A stretch of DNA of 63,801 nucleotides, the filler included, from Trichodelitschia bisporula (taxonomy: Eukaryota): assembly GCA_010356995.1 (NCBI GenBank). It is 4 parts of 4 records of this genome, joined end to end, with 100 filler letters (N's around TTAATTAATTAA, not from the genome) between each part and the next. Parts side by side here need not be neighbours in the genome. Positions count along the whole stretch, not along the records: positions 1 to 31,198 come from ML996713.1; 3 more parts are not named here. One strand, written 5' to 3'. Positions 12,116-23,400 of the stretch are shown here, one piece after another (position 1 is the first letter of the stretch; each line of letters begins with the position of its first letter). Below the pieces are notes generated by a model. That model saw nothing but the letters and a program-made list of their open reading frames with translations. It was not told where the DNA came from and did no database searches. Made by a program: the position numbers and the translations under genes.

Positions 12116-12514
12116 CGTGCTGAAAATGCACGCTGGAGGTGGTGAGGAAGTAAGTTTGCTTTCTGGTTGTGGTACTTGGAGAACAGGTGCTGCGAATGAC
12201 TGCAAGTGATACAGGTTGGAAGCTCAAGGGAGTGCCGGGGGCTTAAATAATTACAGGCCTCTTCGTCCGCGGTGTGTACACGCAAGCCATGCTTCGATAA
12301 TGTGGATGTGGATGTCTGGATGATACACCCCAAGCCACGACAGTTGTGACATAGGACCCATATGCGGATGACACAGCGAGAGCCATGCGGCGACATAGCA
12401 ACCTCAACTTCAAGCTCAGTATTGGATTCACTGGTACCCTACCCCCGTCCGACGTCCTTATCAACCAAGGTAGTACGTCTTGTCCCCTTCCCTCCATCAG
12501 CACCTGATACATGC

Positions 12515-13203
12515 TCACTTCCTGCAGGCCTGCCAGATGATATGCACCTGTTGGGTGAACGACACCGTAGCATCGTCATCGCTCAAGCTCCCGCGCTGGT
12601 TACGATTCAACGCCGTCAACCAAATGCGATTGTTAACATTCAGAATCCCCGTCTCGCCGCACGGCGACCAAACCACACTGGCCGCAGCTACCACGTCATG
12701 TTTGGTATATTGCGCGCCATCGACGTAGTCACCGCCGGAAATCGTCGCATTGGTTTTGGCCTACGCAATCAGTCCCAAGCTCAAATAAAGGGTAAGAGTA
12801 TACGTACCGTGTTACTCGCATTATTGCTAAAGTAGTACGTACTCGCAAAATGCCCCGTGACACCAGGGTCCAGCTGCGCAAAACCATGGTACGTCGCATC
12901 CATCAGGCTGTACTGGAACCCACCGGGATACTTGAGACTCATATGGATCTGACAGTTCTTGGTTTCGTCCGGCGGGTTGCTGGTGGGCCCGATGAAGGCG
13001 ACGAAGCTGTCGAAGCCGAAGGTTACAATCGTCCGGTCGGGGGAGAAGATGGTGGACACGCTGCCTTGCGGACAGCCGGTGCCGCTGGTTTGCGTGTCTA
13101 TGATGGTGATTTGGTCGGGTGGGGGGGTTACGGCTTCGAAAAAGGGCAGGGCGGCTGGGGAGGCCAGCGCCAGGGCGGGGGCGAGGAAGGCGAGGAGATG
13201 CAT
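12515..13203 (-). CDS. Secreted DUF4360-family protein; intron 12807-12761
   Basis: Signal peptide, SGTGCPQG, TFGFDSF, KNCQIHMSLKYPGGFQYS. Spliced exon 2 gives VWSPCG...LNVNNRI...QQVHIIWQAC-stop. Confidence 0.9.
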
Positions 13204-15844
13204 AATTGCTGATTTGGAGGTGATGAATGTTTGTAGAGCTCCGCTGGTAGAGCTCGGTCGGTGGAACGCGATTATATATCCCGTTTTTTCTCATCCCTTT
13301 CTTCCCCACCATCATATATCCTCACAGCCCATCCCAGCATCGACATTCCACATTTAGCTCAACCCCCGTCTAGCAACGGTCCCATCTCCGCCCTTCACCA
13401 AGAAGAGCAGGAGAATACCCATCTTCACGTGCTTACGCGACGCTCGCAAATCATTGAAATCCACAGCAGCCCTCCTTCAAGCAATCAGCACCCAGGAAAA
13501 CCGGTCCACGGGTCCTCCTTCATGTCACTCCCTTCTCCGCCAGCATCGCCGCCGGCGTCGCCGCTCTATTTTAGCCAGGCGTGCGGGTGACCGAGTACCT
13601 GGGAGCTGCCGGGTTGGGATGGCAATCTCGCGGGTGTGCCTGGATGCTAGGCCCAGCTGCCGGGTTGGGCTGGCGGGTGAGGCTGGTCGACTTGGCGGGC
13701 GGGTGAGCGTATATCGGCGATATTAAGTGGCGCGGCCGGGGGGGAGGTAGTAAGCGAGGCTGCGCAATGGGATTGGGAGATGCAAGGATATTGGTGCTTG
13801 GGAGGTTACATGGAGTGATGAGATCAGGTGAGGAGATTTGAGAATTTACTACGTAAGTTTGGTATGCGGGAAGATAGAGCTGTGGTCTCCTAATGTGGAA
13901 GGGTCAGGCGCGGAGGCGTCCTGACTGGTACTAAACTTTTGGATTTCCGCGTAGAGGCCTCGAAAGCGCGGAATTAAGTTTGCCGGCCGACTAGTTCTGT
14001 GATAGTAAGTGCGGGCGCTAACGTTTAACGCGATCGGATGTCTGCGTCAACCAATCCTCGGCCTGGGGCCCCGGTGTTCAGCCTCGTCTTAGCGTCGTAC
14101 GAGATCTGAGCCTCATGAGATCTGCAGCTTCACATTGCTAGACTACGGAGTGACGATATGACATTGTAATAATGCTTCAATTTCTTCTGTACCGCATTTT
14201 GCAAGCAACTGTATCCGTAGAATCAGTATGGCCGGGTCAGACCGGTACCTGCTCAAGGCCGCAAGGCACTAGTTCTACTACGTAGGACTAGACCCTAGCT
14301 TACCACTGCAGGCGTCCGAAAAGTCGAGACTGTGCTTGTCTACAGAATGCCCTCGTAGACAAGCGGCAATGACTTTATGGGACGCGTAAGACGAGGGTTT
14401 TGGCCAATTGACAAAATTGTAGAGGTCCCCGGTCCCAGGACCCAAGTGTCCTCCCCTCCCCTCCTCTCACTCGGATCGTGCCCACTGGCGTAAGTTGCAT
14501 TTTTGGTTGCTGGCGATGAGATCTCACTATCAAAGCATTCAGGTTTCCACACGCAGGCTACAGGGACGTTCTTCTGCACTCGCACATCAGCAGCTTCCCA
14601 TCCCATTTTCGAAATTTCCTACCTATTAGCCAACCGAGACGTGTCACGGACATATCTCCCGACTCTCGACATGGCCGTAGAAAACCGCAAAATGTGTCCA
14701 AATGGATCATCTTCCCATAGAACGGCTATGGACGAGCCATCAAGATATAGCCTGCTTCCCACACAGCAGATGAGAGCCGCTTCTACACTCAAATCGGGTG
14801 GCGCAACGTTCGTCTCAGCGGCTTTCCCTACATCGAACAGCGGTTGGGTGGCCCCGCCAGATTTTTGCCAAACGCACCAACTCCACCGCTTTGTGCTCAG
14901 CATTGGGAGGTGATTACGCACCTCCCGCAGTGTCTCTCACTCCGTCATGAGCGTCTGGTTGGCATCCTTCACCTCGAGCTAAACGCTAATGAGGCGGTCG
15001 CGCACGATCGTAATGGACGGGGTACGTCTGCCACAGCTCGATCGTTCTTCCTCCGATTGTGTTGAAGAGTGGGGAGCCACTCAACGTAGGATCTGACGCG
15101 TCAGTATGGCAAGCCGGGTAGTTGGACTTAACAGCTTACGAACACTACATCAACTGCGGCCGCCGGCGAAAGGGATCTCCCGTCCAAACTATGCGTATGT
15201 CAAACCGGTACGCTAGCAGATGCGAGCCCAGAGGGGTTGCGAAGCCAAATGTCGACGTTCAGCGTGATCTGAGCGAACTATGATTATGTAGGTAATCGGC
15301 TCGCATGAGTGTCTTCATACGCAAGCACGTGTCCTAAATCTCTGGAAACTGGCGTCGAGGCGGTCATCTCGACTCTCTCTCTCTCGTTAACGGATGAACA
15401 GGTCGGAATCAGCCAATGTGCCGAGTACCGTCCTTCACATTGTATGCCCCGGAGGCACGCGTTGTGACAGTGGGTGCGCTAAACGCCACAGGTGTGCGCG
15501 TCAGACTCGACGTAATGACCTGGTGCTCATTTTCCGCACGGATGAGCTGGTAGCGTCGGCCGACGATCTGTGAAGCTCCGCGAGAGAAGTTCCGTGCGCG
15601 TGCGAACCGGTAACAACATCTACCGCCGAGACATCGTGTGGCTTCTATGCGGCGGCACTGTACGCGGCAACCACGACGACTCAGCGCAACTTCCCCCTCA
15701 GACTCCGACTCCGGACCCTTTACCGTAGTCCGCATAACTCATTCTCAGATTCTTTCTCTCGACAACTACACTTCCCGCAACAACAACTCCCCAACGACAG
15801 CAGCATTTCTACCACACTATCATTTCTCGCTCCAGCAGCTTACG

Positions 15845-17330
15845 ATGGCGGCATTCTGGGAAAAGCCGCCGCACTTCAGGCCCTACTCCCCTTTTCCCCA
15901 CGCGTACATCAACTACGATCGCACCCCCGCTCCCCAATGGAATCCTTCTGACGAGGCAATGCGCGACGCCGAGCTTGAAGACATCCCCTGCAGTGAGCAG
16001 TCGAACTCTGCGCGACAGTCACCATCCTCCGACTCGGACATTCTGTTCGCTCATCCGCACATTCTGTTCATTCACCCATGGATGATCAAGCCGGAGAATC
16101 CTTCGGAGCGCCTCGAGAAGTGGCATCCTCCGCCTTTATCCCCGACGGTGCAAGGCGGCACTTCGTATTTCAAAGCCGATATCTGGGAGGCCATCGGTGA
16201 CCTGTCGTACCCCCAGTTCCAGTTCCCGCCAACCCATGAAAACGAGCTGACACTCGAAGAAGTGGAGTCTTTGATGGAACGCATGGAGCGTGCGAACTCT
16301 GGCCGGAAGGTCCTTGCGCAGTCTGCTGCCAGGTGAGGAAGGCATTGAGGGAAAACTGTTGACCTGTTAACGGAGAATAGTGGAACGACTGATACTCATA
16401 ACGGCTTAACGGATGGCTCTTCTTCCGGCAGCCGGGTCAAACGCAAGCGGTCCGAAGAAAATCTACCCGCACAAGTTCGGGACACGGCAGGGGAACGTGC
16501 TGATGGGATCGGATGTCCCCCTTGGGGACCAGGAGGACAAGAATGGGCCGGGACGCCGCAGGGCAGCGAGTGCGATCACAACAAGAGACGCAAACGCTCC
16601 ATTGTGATTACGAAATCTGCTACATGATCTGGGCTAAACCATTTTGCAGATAGTGTTGCGACGGCTACCCGATGGACGATGGGGTTGGACACGGGAGTAA
16701 GGAGTCGTTGAATATTTTCTGTACTTGTCGACACAGGCACCTGTTACCAAATCAGGCATGGCAAACCGCACCAACGAACAGACTTTCTTACCGGCTTACC
16801 CGAACCCCGACCCGCAAGCTCATATGCAATATGCCATGACCCAAAATGTGCGTAAACCCCCGAACGGGCCCCCGCGCCCATTGGCGGACCTGCAATCTAC
16901 CCAAACACCACCACGCAATATACACCGCACAGGCCCAGGCACACATCCTCGGCCGCGGGAACACACCACCGGGTATCAATCCTCCACCATACCAGCGCAC
17001 TCGCTCTCCTCCCTTCTCATTCGAACTCCTTCGCACCATGCAACGCCAACATATGCCCGCGAGACCGAGCACCCGCCATAATTAGCCCATTTCCAAGACC
17101 TGTATACCTACCGCCGGCTAACCACGACTCGTCGTCCTCGCACGAGCCCCGCGCACCGTCCTCTCCCAAAGTACCGCACAGACCGGCACCCACCCCCCCC
17201 GCCGGTCCGCCGCCGTCCCAGCGCCCAATGCACCGCTGATAAAGGCGTACCGCACCCCAGCCTCCGGCCCAAAGCCTCGAATCCACCCACACCCCAAGCC
17301 CACGCTCGTTATCCACCACACTCGTTTCAA
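15845..17330 (+). CDS. Hypothetical multi-exon Pro-rich protein (3' structure uncertain)
   Basis: ATG 15845 opens a ~160-codon exon ending at an AG|GTGAGG donor (16333), with a candidate TAG acceptor at 16380 and further Pro-rich open frames downstream. No family recognised. Confidence 0.4.
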
Positions 17331-17339
17331 TCCGCCAAA

Positions 17340-18039
17340 ATGAGGCTTCTCGTCGTTCTCGCCGTCGCCGCCCCCGCGCTCGCTGCTCCCGCCCTCCTCA
17401 CCGATCTCACCTCCCTCGCGGGGCTCGCTACGCTCGCCGACCTCGCCAACCTCGCCGCCCCCGCCGGCTCCAAATTAACCAACTTCGCCGCCGCGGGCAC
17501 CGGCTGCCCGGCGTCAAGCGCTAACAGCACCGTCGCGCCTAACGGGGTGCTGCACGTGACGCACGACGCGCTGACCGTCGCTGTGGGACCGGAAGCAGCA
17601 GTCGCGGACGCGTACCGCGCTTGTCAGATCCTGATTGGGCTGAGTTATCCGGCTGGGTGGCAGTATAGTGTTAAGGAGGTGGTGAGTGGGGGGAGGGTGG
17701 AGGTGGGGGAGGGGGTTGGGGGGGGGGTGAGGGGGTTGGTGTATTTTAGTGGGGAAACGGTTGAGGTGAGTCGGGCTTTGCCTCGGATCTCGAATTTCTG
17801 GACTTTTTGATGGCTGGGGCTGATACAAGTAGGCGACGTGGGATACGCCTATCCAGGGCCCGGCGAGCGGGCCGCTGGAGTCCAAGTACGAGCCGGGTGA
17901 GAAGGCGATTTGGAGCCCGTGTGGGCCGGCTGAGGCGACGGTCAATGTGAAGCCGAGTGTGCGGCTGGGGCTGGGGAGCGGCGTGGGCGGCGCGAGCTTG
18001 GAGAACACGCAGGTGCTGCTGCAGTGGAAGCAGTGCTAG
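17340..18039 (+). CDS. Secreted DUF4360-family protein (divergent paralogue); intron 17766-17832
   Basis: Signal peptide, AGTGCP, CQILIGLSYPAGWQYSV, YFSG. Spliced exon gives IWSPCG...LQWKQC-stop. Confidence 0.85.
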
Positions 18040-18126
18040 ACGCGCGAGGATACGGTGAATGGCAAAAAGGAGTAGATATCGCGCTGGCGTGTACATTGAT
18101 AATAGACATTTCGTTCCGTCGCACGC

Positions 18127-18638
18127 CTACGTGACCATCGGCGCCGGGCCGCCCGTTGCCTGGGGATTAGCTGCTTGATTGGGGAAAAGGGAAGGGAGCA
18201 TACCATTGCCTTCATGCTATCGCACTTCTCGAGCCCAACGGCTAGATCCTGCCGCAGTCGTACAAGCAAAGGGACGTCCCCCGGCCCGCCGGTTAGGTTA
18301 TTCGCCACGCCTGCATCGATTGCTTGCGAAGCCATGAGCGCGGCGAGTGCGCGTGTTATCTGCGGGTTTATGGATGAGAGGGGGAGGAGGTTTGCGCGGA
18401 GTTGTGCGGAGGCGGTGAGGAAGGTTTGGAGGTCGGATTTGGCGGCTGTGTGGATTAAGGGGTCTGTGGCTGCGCTAGTGGTTAGGTTTTGGAGGCGGGA
18501 GAGGGCAGTTAGGGCCGCGGACTGCGTGAGGGTGAGGGAGGAGAGGGTGGAGAGGAGTTGGGTTGTTTTGGCGGAGGGGGTGGCGGTTGTGAGGGGGGTT
18601 GCGAGGACGAGGAGGATGAGGGGAATCGGCGACCACAT
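18127..18638 (-). CDS. Small secreted, probably helical protein; intron 18203-18160
   Basis: Hydrophobic N-terminus MWSPIPLILLVLATPLTTA. A GTATGC...CTAAT...CAG intron gives a short last exon ATGGPAPMVT-stop. Confidence 0.7.
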
Positions 18639-19276
18639 GATTCTGGCGGAGATGAAGCTTTGCCAATGTATGCCATGGCTGCGTCGGCGGGATTGTGGGT
18701 TTTATGGTGTGGATTGGGGAAGGCGTTTGGTGTTGAGAGTTTTGTTTACGTAGGGCTTATGCGTTTCATGCGCGTTGCCGGGTGGTGGGTGAGACATGCA
18801 GCGCGCGGGGGGATGCTTTATGGCATGCCGCGCGGGATATGCCATTGAGGTTGTACGATGGTGGGCGTACGGCATATGCATTGGTGAGCTATTTGGGTTG
18901 CTGTTGTGCCGCGCGGTTGGTAGATTAATTGGATCGGAGGAGGGATCGCCGGGCGGGACGGGCGAGGCGCTGTTATGCTGTGGATGTTAGCATAGGTCGT
19001 ACTACGGAATTTGCAGAGTGTGGGATGGCGGCGTCTTAGGATTCGGAGGCTGCGAGCAGGCAGAGAGGCTTGAGCTTGTTGGTGCGTTAAGTCGTGGAAC
19101 TCTACGATGTCGTTGTCTTCGTGGCGTGCGGGGCGCCACTCGGCGGTTCGATCTTCCGACGACAGGCCAAAGCCTCAACATCACGACCATGTCACCGCAA
19201 CAGCACGGTGGTTGGTAGCGAGCCAAGCTGATCATATCTTCTTCACTAACAGCTGCACTCAGAGCTCCCATCGGAC

Positions 19277-20020
19277 CTAAGAACTGCGCTCAGAGCTCCA
19301 TCGAACCCAGCGCTTCCACTCAGCGCTTCCATCGGACACCCTGCGAAGCATATTCCCAACCTCGATCGGTTCCTGCACGGAGTCATGCCGTTCCCTCACG
19401 CTCGTGGCGGGCCTCACTTCCTCCTCCGGCCCGAAAGCAACCGCGGCTCTAAGCGGAGGTACTCCCAAGTTGTCGGGCGGCTTCTCGGCGGCGTTTGCTT
19501 CAAGTGAAGGCACTCCCGGGTCGTCGCGCAGCTTCTCAGAACCGTTTGCTCCTCCTTCCTCGGCCGATTCTGCTGCGCCATCCGCCCCCGTTTCCCGGAT
19601 CGAATCTCTCGTGTGCTCCGCTGATAAATGAGATGTGGAGGCTGCCTTGGTCGTGGACAAGGGACTGCCGGGGTGGTAGAAGACTCCCTGCAGCCTAGCA
19701 AGTGTCAGGTAGGGAAAAGCGTGCTGCACTCGGGCGGGTTCCGGGTCGTCAGGAACTTTCTGCGGTGTGATGGACGCCGGGCGGGGTGAAGAGATGACAA
19801 GTCTGGAGTGGTCGCAGTGAAGTGGGACCGGCGGGAGTGGATCCACTGGCTCGAGAAGCAGTCGGAGTGGTACTGTGTGAGCAACATGAATGATTCTGGA
19901 GTCTGCCGAAGCCGCAGTAGCCGACGCTGATGAATCCGAGAATGAAGCGAAAAACGCCCCGGGCGGCGGTATGGCGGGTGCCCGGTGGTAGAGATGAGTA
20001 TATGGTTTGAATTCTGCCAT
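19277..20020 (-). CDS. Hypothetical protein (247 aa)
   Basis: ATG-started ORF with a short internal duplication (EKLRDDPGVPSL/EKPPDNLGVPPL). No family recognised. Confidence 0.45.
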   Translation of the reverse strand: MAEFKPYTHLYHRAPAIPPPGAFFASFSDSSASATAASADSRIIHVAHTVPLRLLLEPVDPLPPVPLHCDHSRLVISSPRPASITPQKVPDDPEPARVQHAFPYLTLARLQGVFYHPGSPLSTTKAASTSHLSAEHTRDSIRETGADGAAESAEEGGANGSEKLRDDPGVPSLEANAAEKPPDNLGVPPLRAAVAFGPEEEVRPATSVRERHDSVQEPIEVGNMLRRVSDGSAEWKRWVRWSSERSS

Positions 20021-20436
20021 GGTACGAATGCTGAGTGGGAATGGGATTTTTTTGGGGGTATGGGTGATATCATGCGGTCAGAGGCATAGGAGACGGGGGA
20101 TGTGCATATATCCTTCGGTTTTGAGGAGGGTGGGAGAAGGTAGGTCCTCCGTCTTCGTCATGGCAGTGCCACTGCATGCTCGCTGTCACTTCCCATATTA
20201 ATGGGCATACCGAAGCTGCGGAGTTGGTTATATGTGCAGGAGCGGTATTGTGGTCTGAAGCTTCCGCTTGTGTAGGATTTAGAGAACGCAGTAACGGTAC
20301 GTGGGTCCTCACCTGGACAGAATTTACTGACAGTCACAAGTATGTAGTCATTCCGGGGTGGTACAGATTGCGATTTCAGAAATGCTTCAAAGACGCACAT
20401 GAATACATCAGCATCTGACATCCCCTGGCTCTTCCA

Positions 20437-23400
20437 TCAACCTTGGTCTTGAACCCATGAGGTGGGCCCGCTGAAGAACGCGATGGAGGTCAATTTTCGT
20501 CCAAGATTTCGCGCTCTATTATATCTTTGGACTCGCCATTCCCATCGAGCTGGCCAGGCCTCCCATGGTCCCCGATCCCAGGCTGACGAAACGCCAGCTA
20601 GCATGATCAACCACCTCATCGAGCTTACCCTCACCTTTAGGGCCGTGCTCTGGATCCCCCGTAGCCGAAATCTGCTGCAGTCAGCGTATTTCTTCCCCAG
20701 AAATCTCTTAGAGGAATCTCCTCTTAACGTACTACTCTCTCTGGCATGAAGCTTGACATGATCCCAGAGTTTTTTCCAGTCCGGGTAGCAGGTCTTCGCA
20801 CAGTAGGGACAAGGAAACGCCCCATCGACATCTCTGCAGCCCCCCTGCTCCCGCGTGGAATCAATAAAGCTGAGATGCCCCTTAACATGAGAGCTGAAGG
20901 GCTTCCAATGTCTGTAGATTCCCGCACAGTAGGGGCAAGGAAGCATGTTATTGGCATCTCGGCGAAAGCACTGCTCGCCATTGGCTTCCTTTCCCTTCTC
21001 TTTTTTGGTCTTGTCATCGGCTTCCTTTCCCTTGTCTCCTTTGATCTTGTCATCGGCTTCCTTTCCCTTGTCTTCTTCGCCCTCGTCATCAGCTTCCTTT
21101 CCCTTGTCTTCTTCGGCCTTGCTAACGGCATCCAACCCAGTGCCTCCATCCCCCTGGTTGCCAGGGAATGACTGGTTGACGTGCGCGTGTTGACGGCAGG
21201 GTGGGATATAAGCAGAGGTAATAGGGAGCGTGCTCGCGTGGCTGCTCGCCGCTGTGCCTCGAGGCTTTCCCCTGTCCTCTCCGCCCTCGTCGACAACTTC
21301 CGACCTAGTAGTACCTCCGCCGCCCCGGTCGCCAGGGAATGACCGGTTGACGGGCGCGTGTTGATCGGCGGGTGGGAAATAGGCAGGGGTAACAGGGAGC
21401 GTGCTCACGTGGCTGCGAGACTCTGTGCCTAGAGGCTTTCCCCTATCCTCTCCGCCCTTGTCGACGACATCCGACCTAGTACCTCCGCTGCCCCGGTCGC
21501 CAGGGAATGACCTATTGACGGGCGCATGATGACGGTGGGGTGGGATACAGGCAGGGGTAACAGGGAGCGTGCTCGCGTGGCTGCGAGACTCTGTGCCTAG
21601 AGGCTTTCCCCTGTCCTCTCCGCCCTTGTCGACGACATCCGACCTAGTACCTCCACCGCCCCGGTCGCCAGGAGATGGCTGGTTGTCGAGCGCGTATTGA
21701 TCGGCGGGTGGGAAATAGCGAAGCTTAATATAGGGTAAATTGTCGCGGCTGATTCCTATGCGCAGATATATTCCCATATCATCTTCGGCCGTTCCATCGT
21801 CTTCCTCGGCCTTGTCGACGGCATCCGACCCAGTGCCTCCACCGTCCCGGTCGCCAGGTGATGACTGGTTGACGAGCGCGTCTTGACGGTGGGGCGGGAC
21901 ATAGGGGGTGATGAAGAGCGTGGTCACGCCGCTGCGAGACGCTGTGCCTTCATCGCCCCGGTCACCAAGGAATGACTGGTTGATGAGCGCGTTTTGAGAT
22001 GGGGGTAGGAAATGGCGAATCCTAACGTATTGTGTATTGTCGCGGCTGATTCCCATGCGTGTTTCTACTCCCATATCACCCTCGGCCATTCCATCGTCTT
22101 CTTTAGCCTGGTTGTCGACAACCCACCCAGTGCTTCTACCGCCATTGACGTCAGGAATTGCTCGGTTGACGAGCACGAATGGACGGTGGGTTGGGATGGA
22201 GCGAGGGGCAACGTATGGGGTGTAGCTAGGGCCAGTGTGGGGTACGTTGTCGACGGCACCCGACCCAGTACCTCCACCGTCCCGGTCGCCGGGGAATGGC
22301 TGGTTGGCGAGCGCGTGTTGACGGTGGGGTGGGATATAGCCAGGGCCAATGTCGGGTACGTTGTCAACGGCATCTGACCGAATTCCTCCACCGCCCTGGT
22401 CGCTAGGGAATGACTGGTTGACGAGCACATGCTGACGGTGGGGTGGGATATAGGGTGCGTTGTCGCGGCTGCGAGATGCTGTGCTTGGAGTCTCTCCCCT
22501 ACCCTCTTCGGCCTTGTCATCGGCTTCTTTTCTGCAGTCCTCTTCGGCCTCCTCCACAGCATCCAACCAAGTTCCTATACCGCCAGGGTCCCTATGAAAT
22601 AAGTGGCCAACGAGCGCGTGCTGACGGTGCGGTGGCACATAGGGTGCGTTGTCAAGGCTGCGAAATGCTGTGCTTGAAAAATCCTCCCCGTCCTCTTCGG
22701 CCTTGCCATCGGCTTCCTTTCCACCATCCTCGTCGACCTCGTAAATTGTTTCCAAACTCTGGTTTTCTCCGGCCTCATCAACGGCGTTTTTTTCCTTGTA
22801 TTCTTCGGCCTTGTCAACGGCATCCGATCCAGAGCCTCCACCGCCCGGCTCTCCAGCAAAGAACTGCCCCATGAGCCCGAGTTGGCGGTAGGGTGGGATA
22901 TAGCGAGGTGTGTTGGAAGCATTGCGGCTGACTGATACTGCGCTTAGAAATCTTCCCCTATCTACTCCGGCCTCCTAAACCGTTTCCTTTCCTTTGTCCT
23001 CCGGGGCCTTTAAAGCAATATCCGACACACGGCCCTTCTCAACGGCCTCCGACCCAAAGCCCCTGCCAACGGCATCAGGCCCAGTGCCTCCAACGCCTTG
23101 GTCATCAGAGGATAACGGGTTATCGAGCGTGTGTTGAGGGAGGGGAGCGATGTAGCGGGGAGGGACCCATGGGCGAGAGTCGTAGCTAGGAGGAACATAG
23201 TGGCGGCGGTAGGGCTCCCAGCGGGGTCTCCAAGATCCTTCGCTTGGAGACCTCACCTTATCCCATTCGGCCCTGTCATATCCGCCGCGGAGCGAGAAAG
23301 TAACCGATTCACCATCCGCCGCATCGGCTTGATCCTCATCGGCGAACCTATTTCCGCACGATGGTTGATCAGAGCCAGTGCCTCCACCGCCTTGGTCAAC

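Noticed and set aside
13700..15600. Short ORFs in the intergenic region
   Set aside because: No recognisable motifs or consistent splice structure.
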